DNA from: Coniocarpon cinnabarinum
Taxonomy: Eukaryota
Assembly (NCBI GenBank): GCA_051942205.1
Contig: JAVECO010000085.1
Span: forward strand, 62,001-97,398
DNA: 35,398 nt
Direction of reading: 5' to 3'
Part shown: in pieces, positions 10,401-23,812 of the stretch
How positions within the stretch are numbered: the first letter of the stretch is position 1
Layout: each line of letters starts with the position of its first letter
Translations under genes and position numbers: made by a program
The notes under the pieces: model-generated
Seen by the model: the letters and a program-made list of their open reading frames with translations, nothing else
The model's database searches: none
What the model was told of the DNA's origin: nothing

Positions 10401-13400
10401 GCCAGACTGTCGACCATGGCGAGGATATTCTCATGGGTGAGGACAATACCCTTGGGCTTGCCGGTGCTGCCAGAAGTGTAAGTCACGAAGAAAGGATCGC
10501 TGGCTTCGTGGCCTTCATAGGTCTTCTTGTTGAAGTCCTTCATGCCGTAGGCAATGCGCATCGTGTTCTGTGCGAACGCGGGCTTGCCCTCGTCGGTGTG
10601 GAGCAGAGCCTCGACGTCCTCGCCAGTCAGGATGATCTTGCAGCCAGAGTCCTCAGCCATGAACGACAGGCGCTCACGTCCGAATGATGGATCCATGGGA
10701 ACGTATCCGCAGCGGCAGATGGTGCAGCCAAGCATGCCGACGACCTCTTCGATACCTGGGTTGGCCAGGAGACCAATGCGTGTACCAGGCAAGGCGCCTT
10801 CTTTCCAGAGGGCCGAGGCCACGCGTTGGGCGGCTTCGATGAGTTCGTCGTATTTCATGGTCTTGCCATCAGAGGTCTGGATGGCAATCTTGGTGGGGTT
10901 GGCCTGAGCCTGTTTCATGATCTGGCTGATGATAGTCTCAGATTTCTCGGCCATGTTGGTGACTGGCTTGATGTGGGCCTCGATGAGAGCGCGTTCCTTG
11001 GGACCCACCATCGGGATTTCAGCGACGGGCTGGCGGTGGTCCTTGATGGTGCTGGACAGGAACTCGAGGAAGTTCTCTGTGAAGCACTCCATGTCCTCCT
11101 CCAAGTAGAGGTCCTTGCAGTGCTCCATGCGCAACCTCAAACCGTCTTCAGGGTGCTCCATGGCTTCGAGGTTGATTTCGCATGCAGTCGGGATATCTTC
11201 GTGGTCATAGCCATCCAGAACGAAGTCACGGGAGGGGACCTTGGGCATTTCACCGTGGATCTGGTAGTTGATGATGACTTGACCGAGTGGGAAGACGCCG
11301 GGGATGCGGTGAGTGTTGGTCTCGTTGACAATGGTGTCGAAGGGAATGCCCGAGTGCTCAACAGCTTTGAGCATCTTGCCCTTGGTGTCCTTCAGGATGG
11401 TTTCGAAAGCGCAATCGAACTGTGTCGCAAGTCTGACAGGAATGACATTGGAGAAGAAGCCGATGGTGCGAGCTACCGCAGCGTGCGGGCGGTTACCGTC
11501 AACGACGTGCTAGATTTGCATCGAATTAGCAATGTTCTTGACAGTTCAAATGCATGGGAAAGGGCACATTGCTCGAGGAGGTGGACTTACGATGACGAGA
11601 TCGTTGGCCTGCGTGTAGCGGTAGTGGAAAGTTCTGAATGCCGCCATGACATACTGGAACGGCGTCAGTTCCATGGAAGCGCAGATTCGCTTCATACGAG
11701 CAAGCAAAGTGGGGTTGAGCGCGACATGGTGAACAGCGTTGCTGATGACTCCAGTCTGTCCACGAGCCTGCCTGGCGAAGGGAAGAAGAGGGCCGGTAGA
11801 GGGAGAGTCAGCCAATTCCTTCCTCCAGTATTCAATAGAAGGACGCATGGCTGCGGATTTCAAGTGCTGGGCCAATGTTAGAGCTCAGATGTCTACATCA
11901 ATGTTTCAGAAACGTACCTTGTTGTGCCAGATAGAGAAGTCCGCGTATTGAATACCAGTGTCAACCTCTTCGGCGTCTGTCGTGGGCGATACGGCGTCGT
12001 CGTAGTATGCAGCTGACTGTGTCAGGATGGATTCGAACGATCCACGGTCAATGATCATGTGGTGGAAGACGAGCACAGTTGCAAAGCGATCACTACCAGT
12101 CTTGACCAGAGCAGCTCGCCAGCCTTCACCCTTGGTGAGATCCAGCTCCCTGCTCTGCATGTCCAAGCTCAGCTTCTCGATCGATGCACGAGGGTCTTTG
12201 TCGCTGCTGAAGTCGAAGAAGGGGAAGTCAACCGAGTCGTCGTCGAGGATTCTCTGCTCAGCGAAGTCCTCGTGCTGAATGAATGCTGTGCGGAAGACTT
12301 CGTTGCGGCGCTTGAGCTGCCTCAGGGCGGACTCCAGCGCCTTGTGCTCAACATGTCCTGTCATCCAGGAGATGATTCGGAGGTTCAAGTTCGTTTTGTC
12401 GTCGAGGAATTGGTGCAAGAACCACATGCGGTCTTGGTATGTGGAAAGTGGAATTTGCTTGGGACGGGGAATGATTTGAATCTCCGTGTCGAGACCGGCC
12501 GCGGTGCTGGTCTCTTTGGCATCCTTGCTGGCTGTCTGCTCACTAGAGTCATCCGCAGACGAAGCAGCAAGGTTGGCAGCAGCTTCAGCGATAAGGGCAC
12601 GAATGCTCTTAGCCCCAAGGATAACGAACAGTGGCAGGTCGACCTTGACTTGCTTCAAGAACCAGTTGCGAATGTCGACGGCCAGGAGAGAGTCCAGACC
12701 ATACTTAGCCAGAGATGAAGCCGCATCGATTGTCTCAACGGCGATACCGCAGAGCATGGCGAGCTTCTCGGTGAAGGCCTCCAAGAGGACGCGTTGTTTC
12801 TCACCATCGTCTTTGGCTGCTCCAAGCAGCTTCATGAGATCCTGCTTGGCATCACCGCCGGAGCTGCCGCCCTCTTCGAAGGCAAGATCAGCCCACAGGG
12901 GGCGGTGCATGGGCTTGTTGCCTCTGAAGTTGTCGTTGGGCAACATGCGACCGCCGGAGCAGATCTGGTAGGTGTCGATGCCTTCGCGGTTGGAAGTTTC
13001 GCGGGAGGAACTCTCAGTAACACTGATCTCCAGTTGACGGTAGAGCTCGTGCTCGGCGACGTAATCGAATCCGTTACGCTCCATGACTTGCTGCAGGCCG
13101 CTGTCACCTGCGACGTGGCCGGCGTCGAGGACCATACCGATATCGAGGGTGTAGCCGGGCAGGCCTTGCGAGCGGCGCTGGCGCATCAGTGCGTCGATGT
13201 AGGTGTTGGCGGCACTGTAGTTAGCTTGACCCTTGTTGCCGACAATACCAGAGAGCGAAGCGAAGGACACAAAAAAGTCGAGCTTGCTGTCAATGGTCGC
13301 GTCGGAAAGGTTGGCGGTACCAGCAACTTTGGGTGCGAGAGCAAATCGCCACTGTTCATAGGTCATCTTCTGAAGGAGAGCATCTCTGAAGATACCAGCC

Positions 13401-16400
13401 ATCTGGAAGACACCGGCAAGGGAAGAGCCTAAGCTTTCAATGCAGCTCTGCACAGACTGGAAGTTGCTCAGATCACCCTTGAAGACCTGGACCTTGACCC
13501 CTTGTTCTTCGAGACGTGCCACGGCCTGTTTGGCATCCTCGCCCTTTGCACCGCTCCGGCTGAAGAATGCAAGGTTTCGTGCACCCTTGCGGCACATCCA
13601 TTCGGCGACAGCAGTGCCTAGACCACCGAAGCCACCCACAAGCAAATAAGTCTTGCTGGCATTGAAGAGCGGCTTGTGGGCAAAGGCGTGAGGTAGTGCA
13701 AGGATTTGTTCTTGTCTGTTTTCCGACACGGTGAGGACAGCCTTGTTGACCTTTTCGTTCCCGCGAAGTGATTTCAAAGCACGAGATGCTTGGTCGATGG
13801 GGTATTCGTTGATCTTTGTTGGCATTTGCATCGTATTCTTGGTTTCACTAGCACCCGCCAAGACGTTTGAGAGAGAGTCATTGCTGGATGCAGAAGCAGT
13901 GGAAAGGTTGACTGGTGAGTATCGAATGGCGCTGCGAAGTAGTCTCTCTCGCAGAGAGGCAAGCGTGTCAGTTTGTGATTGCGCAAGATCGATGATGTGA
14001 CCATTGCCAGCAAAAGCACTCCATGCGATCTCCTCAAGGCAACCAGACGCAGTGTTGACGATGACTTCGGCGCTGACGCTGGAAAGACCGGTCTTGTGGG
14101 ATGTCAGTGTTCGGCTGAGGATGATTTGGGACTCGTCAAGTCCAAGTGCGTCTTGGAATTCCTGCGACGGGATTGAATCCACCACAGCGATGACCTCAGC
14201 ACCCAGGTTCTTGGCCACTTGGACAGTCAGCTGTCCAAGGGCAGAGTCCGCCGACAACACCATCACAGAGTCGCCGTGTCGCAGACGTGCCAAATTGACA
14301 AGAGCATGGTAGGCTTTGGTCATGTCGGAGCACCAGTTGACAGCCTGAGAGAAGCTCTCAGACCCCAGAGGCAAGCACATGGAGCTGTGAGCTCGCACAA
14401 TGTTGCAGATGGTCTGTTGGACTGGCATCCAGGCGAGGACTCGGTCGCCAACGTTGAAGTCCGAGACGGCACTACCTTTCGCGGTGACGTAGCCGGCATA
14501 GTCCACAGGTGCCAGCGTCGCATGGGTTTCGATGCTGGGGTGGGCCGCCTCCAAGGTGAGGGAAGCTGCCATAACCTGGACTTCAATCTCGTCATCCTTG
14601 ATATCTGGGACATGGCGATCTTCGAAGACGAAGTTCTCGTGGTCCAGGGTGTCAGGCTTGACCTGCAGGTGCCGATCTTGCTTGAACGCAGTAGGTCGGG
14701 GCACCCGGCCAAATCCATCTTCGAGACGTGAGTTGAGGGAGTCATCCATGATCATGCGGGGAGTGCAGATGGTGCCGTTGCGGTCTGCAAGCTCGTCTTC
14801 ATCGTTCTCAGGGTTGAGCGATTGACTGATGAGTCTAGCGAGTCGTCGAGCGCCACAAGTGGTCGGCACGTCCAAAGTAACGAACATGGACAGCTCGTTC
14901 TCGCTGCGGGCTGTTCGGATCAATCCAGTGATCATGGCATTGTGGGGCTTGACTGGTTCGTATGAAGCACCTTCGGTGACCCTGATACCCTGTGAGTTAG
15001 CAACTTCCTAGCGGCACAACCCGAATATCCAAATGATTAACTTACCAGACAAGTCGCTTGTCGCTGCCACTGAGGAGGCTACGGCAGACCTCAAAGCGTT
15101 GGACATCCTCCTTGCCCTCATGCAAGAAAAGGTCATCATCAATCGAAGACAGAACAACAATCTCGTTGGGTAGTGCCTCGATCTTCTTCTTGTTGAGTTT
15201 GTCTAGGTCGTGGACTTCGACAGATCCGGCGTACGATGACTTCACTGACGCAATGATATCCATGCTGCGGTTTGAAGGAGCGGAAGATGTGAGCACAGCA
15301 AGCGTGCTGTTTCGGTTCTGGTTTTGCTGCTTGGTCTCGGGAGTCTTCTTCCAGCACTGCAGGCCTTGACTCTCGAAGTAGTTGAAGATGGTCGGGGACT
15401 GCACGGAAGTCTTTGCCTGCTTAATCACAAGACCGTCGGCTGCAAGGTACTTGGCGACATCGATGGAAGTGGTCTCGTCGACTATAGCAAGGCCGCAGCT
15501 GCTCTCTTCAGGCAGGCCGAGCTCAACGTCAGGCACATCAAAAGGTGTAACAGGAACCGGAGCCTCGGCGTCGGTGGCCAAGTACAGCTTCTCATAACGT
15601 CGACGCTCTCCAGCTCGGCCGCCCACGTGGCTTTGCCATTCATCTTTGAAGGTAGCGACATCGGAACCGATGTACAGGATCGAAGTTTGAGGACGCTCGT
15701 GGACGTACAAGTCAAGAATGTCCTGCAAGCGTTCGAACTTGGGGATGATAGAATCGCCGTTGGCAAGAAATCGGATGCTGGGTTGCCATTTGATGCGGGA
15801 GTAGACGGAGCGTTTTGCACCCGTAGACGTGTCGCCTAGACTCACAGCTTCCATGCCCAGGACTTGAGCGACAGGCTCCTGCGTCTCAGACAGACGAACG
15901 TAAATGTCAGCCATCACACGGCGTGGTCCAGGCTGGGTCGTCTTTGCCATCACATCAAATGACTCGGGCTCAACATCAGGACCACGGTTCAGTGTGGCCA
16001 GAGTCTTTCCAGGTATGCGTAGACTCTTGAGGGTCGATGGAACGAATGTCTCTGTCAGAGGACGCTCAAGGTGACCCTCGAAGGCCGCAAAGACAGGGTG
16101 CAAGCAGGCATCGAGAATGGCGGGGTTGATGGTCATGAATTCCGCAGATGGATCTTGGTTATCAGAGATCAAGTTGGCAACGGCAACATTGTCGCCAATC
16201 TTGATCTCGTTTGCGCAGAGTTGGAATTGCTCTCCGTAGCCGAGCCCGTAAGATGCGAGCTTCTTGTAGAGCTTGCCGTGGTCGATGCTCTGGTTGACGG
16301 GAGGCGGTGGCGGGAAGGCAAGGTTGACGAGTTGTTGCTGCTCAGCATCAGGAGCTTGTTGATCAATGAAGTTGATCTGAACCCAGCCGTGGCAGTTGTC

Positions 16401-19400
16401 AATGCATTTCTCGCTGTCGTCGAAAGATGAAATGTGGAAGTCGTAGCTGCTGGCCAGCTCGTCGCCGGGAACCGGGCGAGCAGTCAACTCGACGATGATT
16501 TCACGGCCACTGTCATCACTAGGCAAGGTGAGTGCGGCGTTAATGGCAATGTCCCCGAAGGAAACATCCCTGATGACTGAACCGGCAGGTGTCGAGAACA
16601 GAACACCGTCGAGTGCCATACTCAGGTATCCCGTTGCTGGGAAGACAACACGACCTTGAATCTGGTGATCGTTCATCCAGGTCAATTCGCTTGCGCGAAG
16701 GTAGTTTCTCCAGCGCTGGCTGTGATGCGTCCATCCTGGCATCGGGAAGCCCAGGACTGAGTGGCGCCATTTTCGGAGAAGCTCTTCTCTCACAATACGT
16801 GTCGCGGCCCAGTAACTCACGTGGTCCCAGGCGTAAGTAGGAAGATCATTCAAACGTTCGACACCCATGCCCTCATTGACAGCGGTCAAATCGACTGGGT
16901 ATCCAAGCGAGAAGAGGTTTCCGGCGGTTTTGAGAAGAGCGTGGTATGCGTGCTCACCACGGGTGAGGGTAGCAACATAAGGAATATCGGTGTTGACGGA
17001 TTTCATGATGTCTTTGGTGGGACCCTTGAGTGCTGTGTGAGGTCCGATTTCAACGAGCATGTCGACATTTTGCTCATCCGCTTCATCCAGCAGAACACCA
17101 GTGAGCGCGTCGGAAAATCTCACGGTGCCGTTCATGTTGTCGACCCAGTATTGAGGACCCATGGTCTCACCACGAGCAACACGGGCAGTGACACTCGAGA
17201 ACATGCGACATTTCGCTTCCATAGGCGGCGAAACGAAGGGGCATTCCTCCATCGACCGCTTGTAGGTCTCCGTGAAGACCTTCATGTGGTGGCTGTGGTA
17301 CCCAATTTGGACTACCAGTTGGCGAGCGAAGACCTTCTTGGCTGTCAGATCCTCTTTCAATTTCAGAATGGCCTCCTCGTCACCGCTGATGGTGCAGCTG
17401 GTAGGCGAGTTGACTGCAGCGATGGAGAGCGTGCCATTGTAAGGTTGAAGTGTCTCCTCTGCTTCGAGAGGACCCATACCAATGGCCATCATTGAGCTTG
17501 GAATGGGGAGAGCCTCTGGCCGATTCTTGTTGGCGTACAAGCCGCGGTAGTATGAGTAGATGAGTGCTGTTTCAAATGTCAAGACGCCAGCGGCATAAGC
17601 GGCTGCCATCTCTCCAGAAGAATGACCAACACAAGCTGAAGGCTTGACACCCCAGCTGGTCAAAAGATCGATAATGCTGAGTTGAATGGAAGTGCAAAGC
17701 GGCTGGGAACGCTCGGGCTGGTTGACTTTGGAGTTGGCCTTCTCCTGGCTCAGCTCAGTGATCAGAGACCAGTCAGGTCCATCAGGAAGCTGACTGAGAA
17801 TCTTCTCGCAGCGAAGCATGGATCTCTTGAAGCTTGGACAGGTCTGGAGGAGCTCGTAACCCATCTTTGGGTATTGCGCGCCTTGCCCAGAGAAACTGAA
17901 GGCAACTCGCTTCTGGGCTGGCCGATCGGAGACCCAGGAGGAGGTTTGCTGGACATTCTCCAGCGCTGCTTGAAGGTCTGCGGGCGATGATGCTGTGATG
18001 AATGTTCGGTGATCGTGCATCGAGCGACGCGTAGACAATGTTTGAGCAAAGCTCTGGACATCGACTTCAGGGTGCTCCTTAACGTACTCGGCAAACTTAC
18101 CAGCCAGCTTCTTGCCAGCGTTTTCAGAGTGCGAAGTGAGCGCGATAAGGTACGGACGACCTGTTTTGGCAGAAGTCTGCTCATAGTGAGGAAGAAGAGA
18201 CATGCGGCGAGAGGAGTCATGCGGCTTGAATGCTTCAATGATGACGTGGGCATTGGAGCCACCCTTTTTCCGTGTAAGCATTCGTAAAAGATAAAGGCGA
18301 AAACGGTTAAACACTCACATAGCCAAAGGAGTTGATACTGGCGCGCTGGTATTGGTCTGTCTCGGGCCAAACCTCGGCCTGGGTTGGAACCTTCAATTTC
18401 CAGTCGGCGAACTTGATTTGAGGGTTTGGGTTCTTAAACCACATGTTTGGTGCGATGGTCTTTTGCTGGATCGCATTGGTCATTTTGATGACGCCAGCCA
18501 GACCAGCGGCACCTTCAAGATGGCCAATGTTGCTCTTGATTGAGCCGAGACGAAGCGGCTCAGTTCGCCCGGGCTCGTTGAAGACGGCTGCAATAGCAGT
18601 AGCCTCGCGTGGGTCACCAGCCGAAGTACCTAGTCCATGTCTTAGTATCAATTGAAAGACACCATCATCTTGTGATGCAGCATTCACTTACCGGTTCCGT
18701 GGCCTTCAAAGACGTAAGTGTCGCGGTATCTGACGTTGGCTTGCTCGTAGACACGGCGGATCAAAGCCTCCTGGGCTTCAGGAGCGGGCAGAGTAATGCC
18801 AGGTTTGATACCATCGTGGTTCGAGCCGGAACCACGAACAACAGCTCGAATAGAGTCGCCGTCATTCATAGCAGTTTTGACGGGCTTCAAAACCACGGCA
18901 GCGATACCTTCACCACGAGAGTAGCCCCGACCCATGGCATCGTAGCTCATGCTGCGGCCATTGGGAGACAGCATGCCGAAATCGGTCATGGTCTGTAAAT
19001 GTACTGGTCAGTCCAGCAGCTCAAGAGGCCCTGTATCAATACAAGCTCACCTGGAACATCTCTGGCACGTAGTGCAGAGCGGCACCAACAATGATACACA
19101 TGTCCGAATGCTTGTTCTTGAGCGACTCGACACCCAAGTGAAAGCCAACCAAAGACGAGCTACAAGCAGTGTCCAAAGTCATACTTTCACCGTGCAAATC
19201 GAAGAAATAGCTAATACGGTTGGCGAGAATACTCTGACCAGTACCCGTCACGGTGTATTTCGGATAGGCCTGCATATCCTTGCCAATGACCTTGGCGTAA
19301 TCAGCGGTAAAGGAGCCGCAGTAGACACTAGTGTTCGAGCCAGCAATGGACTCCATAGAGATACCAGCGTCCTCAAGTGCCTCATAAACGACTTCCATGA

Positions 19401-19722
19401 GAATACGCTGCTGTGGATCCATGGCCTGTGCTTCATTGCCGCTAATGTTGAAGAAGCCAGCATCGAAAAGACTAAGGTCTTGGTCGAGGAAATAACCATA
19501 GACAGCGTTAGTGGTACCTTTGTTCTTACCTTCGGGGTGATAGTAAGCGTCAACGTTGAAGCGGTCAGAAGGCATTTTCCTCCGCATGTCTTTCTGGCTC
19601 ATGATGAGCTTCCAGAGGTCACGGGTGTTGGTGGCGCCGGGGACACGACACGCTTGGCCAACAACTCCTACCAGCTCCTCCTGAGGGAGGGTGGTCTTGG
19701 TCTCGAAGCTTGTTGCAGACAT
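7451..19722 (-). CDS. Hybrid iterative PKS-NRPS (KS-AT-DH-MT remnant-ER degenerate-KR-ACP-C-A-T-R degenerate), 7 exons (19722-19051, 18992-18692, 18629-18319, 18263-15046, 14981-11918, 11866-11591, 11509-7451), about 3966 aa
   Basis: [160 protein letters not shown]. The C-terminal domain is SDR/R-like. Six GT-AG introns of 51-81 nt join all ORFs into one 11901-nt frame. Confidence 0.95.
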
Positions 19723-22700
19723 TTTTGACGACTAGTACAATTACCTGAATAAAGAATCTTCTAATCTGAATTTTTTTTCAACGAGGGGTCTGTTGATGGG
19801 GAAGCAATATGTCTCAATCACTGGTGAATGATGTAGATGGATAGACTAGTACGGAAGAATGTTGAGGAGACAAACGTGGTTTGCAAAGGGGATGTAAAAT
19901 GCAAGTATGATGAATGAGTACACAATGGAGAGGGGACACAATCCAATTGAGACACAAACAAAGGGTAATGAGGTGATAAGGGACACGTTAGAACGATAGA
20001 CCGGACGTGAATAGTGAAGGGAGGGGACGGGACTTGAGGAATAGAAGCAAGAGCGTGAATTGCTGGGGTACAAGAGTGTCTTATATGAATATGATTTTGG
20101 ACTCTGACAAGTCGAGACCTCGCAGCATCCTGGTGAAAATATGGGATTGCTACATTTAGCGACAACAGCTGTGGAACCATTGCAGGCATGCTTCACGCAC
20201 TCCGCACGTGCTGGTACCCACCATTGACAAGTCCGAGCATGAGCGCGAGGTTCATGGCAGTGGCGGATGAGGGCGTCTGTCAGCTTCGCCCGATCCCTTA
20301 GCAGCGGGAGTGATGACGGGTGAGAATGCTGAGTCGGATGCTGAGCCGCACAATTCGCCATTCAGGGCCTTTGGGTTAGGCGAGAGTGGACCTTCAAACG
20401 AGAACCTGTGACTGCTAACACCAGACGGCACTGTCGTGGGAGAGAGCGAGCAGCTCAAAACTTCGATCGATCTCAGATCAGGACGGGCGTGAAGACAGTA
20501 ATTGACTCAACCACCGCACGGTCTGAGAGGCTGTCGTGCATCATGCGTACAATATCCACGGGTAAAGATGGCAGCTCGCAGATCTGCAAGGGCAATTGGA
20601 TCCGGCAAGGGTCGAGGGTCGAGAGAAGGTCTCGGCTCGGGAGCATGCAACCTCGAAAAACGTGGCTATCACATTGAACCATTCAAGGGACGTGCTGGTC
20701 GGCTCGTAGTGGGCTGTATAGCACGTTAAACGCGCATTGAGAGTGGAGCAGTCGTCAGCAGACGGCTGCTTACCGAGTGCGAAGGATAGGTCATCGGAAG
20801 TCCGTGCAGACAGAAGCGCAATTGGGCTTTCTCGTTAGAGGAAGATTTCTCACAGGATATGCATTAGTCAAACGATGTTGCGTGATCAGACGCCTTGTCA
20901 ATGATTCACGAACGATCGCGAGGTCTCGCTATGCCATGCAACATCAATGCGTGAAGCAGGCAATGGCCAAGAAAGTTTGGAAAAGAATCCGAAACGAGCT
21001 CCACGTGGCCGTCAAACCTGGGGAATTGCCTTCGCAGTGCAGCACTCGCATATGCAGCCTGCCATTTCAGGATCCGGGGGAAGACCAATTTTAGACAAGA
21101 CCCTTTTCGTGCTCAGGTACAACAGTGCTAAGCAAATTGCACGCGTCTCCGTTAACGACGGGCTAAGCGTGCCCCCTGGTGACTATAACCGCTGACAAGC
21201 TCCTGGGGCCGTCTCCAGGGAGCTAAGCTAGGCCGCCGAATCATACGAAGGCTGAAGTGGCTCCGTTGAGGCTACCTCGCAGAAGAACATGCCCTGCTGA
21301 GGACTCATCATGCGGGCAGGGATTGCTCGAAGTCACCAGCTGGAGCCGAGCACTCACATAAGCGGGTCAGCAGTGTAAACTGGACGCGTTGTAAAGTGCA
21401 TGTGCGGCCCGCAACAGCATTAAGCCAGTATTTACCGTCGATGCATGGCGGCATTCTTCCCAAGTTTGGCAAGCTCAGACGAGCGCATGAGCAAGTGGCG
21501 GTGGTACGTACCGGCGAACGAGTTAGAAGGCTGCAATTCAGGAGAGCGAGCCAATGGTGCTTGAATGCTGGAGAGCTTGGGACGAGGTGGACGAGTGCGA
21601 AGCAGAAAGTCGAAAAGACGCACGGCGGCCTTGTCAGCGGCCTGAGTCGATGGGCGTCGGCTGAGGGCAGATCTTGGGTGGGTGTCGCGCGGTGCGTGGA
21701 TGGCTTGACGCCATCGTGGCCTTGTTGTCTGTCATCCCAGGTTGTCGTCGGGGTGGAAGCGTCGAGGGCCAAGACGGGTGACGGGGTGACGGGCTGGTGC
21801 GGCAGAGGCCGAGGGGCGGACACGGGGGCGGACACGGGGCACGGGCCTCGCTGCCTTTCCCTCCGGTTAGCGCGGCGGCGGCTCGTCTCTCTGATCCATC
21901 TCGGGGATCGCTGGGCGCCAGAGAAATCAAAACGAACCCCGTGACGCCGCGACAACCTTGACCTGGTGCGAGTGCGTCGTCTGCGCCGGACGAGCCGCGG
22001 TGTCGCCCAGGGAAAGCCTTCGCGGCCAACGCAATGGCAATGCTCATCAGCCTTGTCTGGCACGTGGTGGCCATGCCCGCGATTGACTTTTCCGCAGCAT
22101 CCCCGCTTCCCGAGCGAGCGAGCGCAGTACGGCAATGGAGCCATGCAGTGTTCGTGCGAGCTGCTGCCCCAGCATCTCTCGTTTCCCAAAGCAGCCGGTG
22201 TGGCTGGATACGGACACGATAGCCGGCGGTCCAGCCATCTCACCCATTGAGTCCTCATGCATCCGTCTGCAGCTGAAAGTCGGAGAATGCCTCAACTCCC
22301 CCCCTGGACTCACCAACCCTTGCGTGCTTTTCGTAGGCTGACTGTGTCGTCTCGTGTGGCGCTCTCGCATTGACCGCACTTCGGCAGGGGTCGGCAACAT
22401 GCATTGCACTGACCAACGATGAACGGGTTAGCCAACACACGTGTGGATGTGAATACTCTGAGGCGCGAAACACGACGCGAAGCGAACCTGATCAAATCGA
22501 GCATGGTCAGTGTGTCCGGCACAGTGCTGGTCCGTCTGGAGAGCCTGGCGAGATAGACGTGGAGGTGGAGATAAGCGACAAGTCCGTCCCCGGCCAATTG
22601 GAACAGTCACGACAGTGCGACGAGCATCGGTACGGTATCTGTGACGCCGGCCGAGAAGAGCGGTGGGCGATCCCCAGTACGTTAGGCTTGCCACGTGGGT

Positions 22701-23017
22701 TGGTCGCCCAAACGGGCACCTCACCGACCCTGTACTTCTGCAGGGAGCGGGCGTCCATGGCTCGTCCAATGGCGGCCGGGCTCCAAATAGATCTGCGAAG
22801 CACTTGCGCTCCACGGGTCGCGGCCCTCGTTCAAGTAGTGCGTTCGCTTCCACGCCCTCTCAGCCCTTGGCCCTTTGCCCGTCATCATGCTGTCTTTCGT
22901 GACCCTGCTCCATTGCCCAGCAGTCGACCAATCCTCTCGACGAGCATCCCTCGCCTTCGTTCGGACTCGCTAGCTGCACTGCATTGAGATTCCCCAACAA
23001 CCCCCCGTGAGCCCAAC
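19723..23017. promoter_or_regulatory. 3.3-kb divergent promoter region shared by the PKS-NRPS and the serine hydrolase
   Basis: The two genes are head to head and no ORF here resembles a protein family. The region contains five CACGTG hexamers and a GGGGCGGACAC tandem repeat at about 21813-21845. Confidence 0.6.
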
Positions 23018-23812
23018 ATGAGGATCTTGTGCTTGCATGGCTCAGGCTCCAACACGGAGGTAGGGACACGCAAACCCTGACCGTGCCTCGCAACCTGACC
23101 CCGTGTGTTAGATCCTGAAAATGCAGACGTTGAAGATGTGTGAGATGCTGGACGGCATAGCCGAGTTTGTCTGGATCCAAGGCTGGAGGCCTTGTGCAGG
23201 GGATCCCGAGCTGGTTCCTCTGTTTCCACCTACCACCAATTACTTCTGCTACTTCGACCCCCGTGACGGACGCACCATCTTAGAGGCAGAGAAGCGGCTG
23301 CTGCGTATCGCGAAGGACCAAGGGCCCTTTGACGGGGCCATGGGCTTTTCCCAAGGGTGTTGTCTGCTCACCGGCATCATGGAGAAGTATCGAGATCAGC
23401 TGTCCTTCCGCTTCGCCGTCTTTCACTGCGGGATCCGGCCATTCAAGGTCGATGAACCCAACGAAGACGGGTCCTTCTCGTCTGGTGGCTCATTACCACA
23501 GGCATACGAGAAAGCCGAGAGCTCAGTAGCAGGCTACATTCCTACTCTGCACATCCCCGGAGGCGGAAAAGATCGCTGGTTCGAGGAGAGCAAGCTGCTC
23601 CATGACTTATGGAAGTCCCACGATGCAGATGCGCATCCAGCGAGGTACTGGAGTCACACCGAAGGACGTGAGTCTGGCTGCTCGTCGGCGCCAAGCGAGA
23701 TTGTAGATGCTAACGGTCGTGCCTCACAGACCGGCTACCTCGATCACAAGTGGCCAATCGAAAGATAGCCAACCTGTTTGCGGGACTCATTGAGGAGGCG
23801 ATGATGGGTTGA
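23018..23812 (+). CDS. FSH1/LovG-family serine hydrolase (esterase/thioesterase), 3 exons (23018-23059, 23112-23667, 23730-23812), about 226 aa
   Basis: N-terminal MRILCLHGSGSN, nucleophile motif GPFDGAMGFSQG, IPTLHIPGGGKD (acid residue) and HTEGHRLP (catalytic His codon split by intron 2). Both introns are canonical GT-AG with CTGAC or CTAAC branch sites. Confidence 0.92.

Noticed and set aside
8504..10687. 727-aa plus-strand ORF, and similar antisense ORFs at 10826-11881, 12059-12718, 12794-13432 and 18949-19728
   Set aside because: These are antisense shadows of the PKS-NRPS coding strand, explained by codon bias, with no recognisable protein motifs.
11906..19722. Separate PKS and NRPS genes, or a frameshifted pseudogene, as the ORF track might suggest
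   Set aside because: Every break coincides with a canonical GT-AG intron, and splicing restores one continuous frame with motifs spanning the junctions (HGTG|T, FGY|GG).
22455..22510. CTGAG...GAACCTGATCA resembling part of a TPP riboswitch
   Set aside because: The downstream TAATxCxxGCGxAGG element and the flanking helices are missing, and there is no thiamine-related gene or host intron nearby.
21308..22987. ORFs of 316, 182 and 205 aa in the PKS-hydrolase intergenic region
   Set aside because: They are Arg/Pro/Ser-rich, mutually overlapping and motif-free, as expected by chance in GC-rich promoter DNA.
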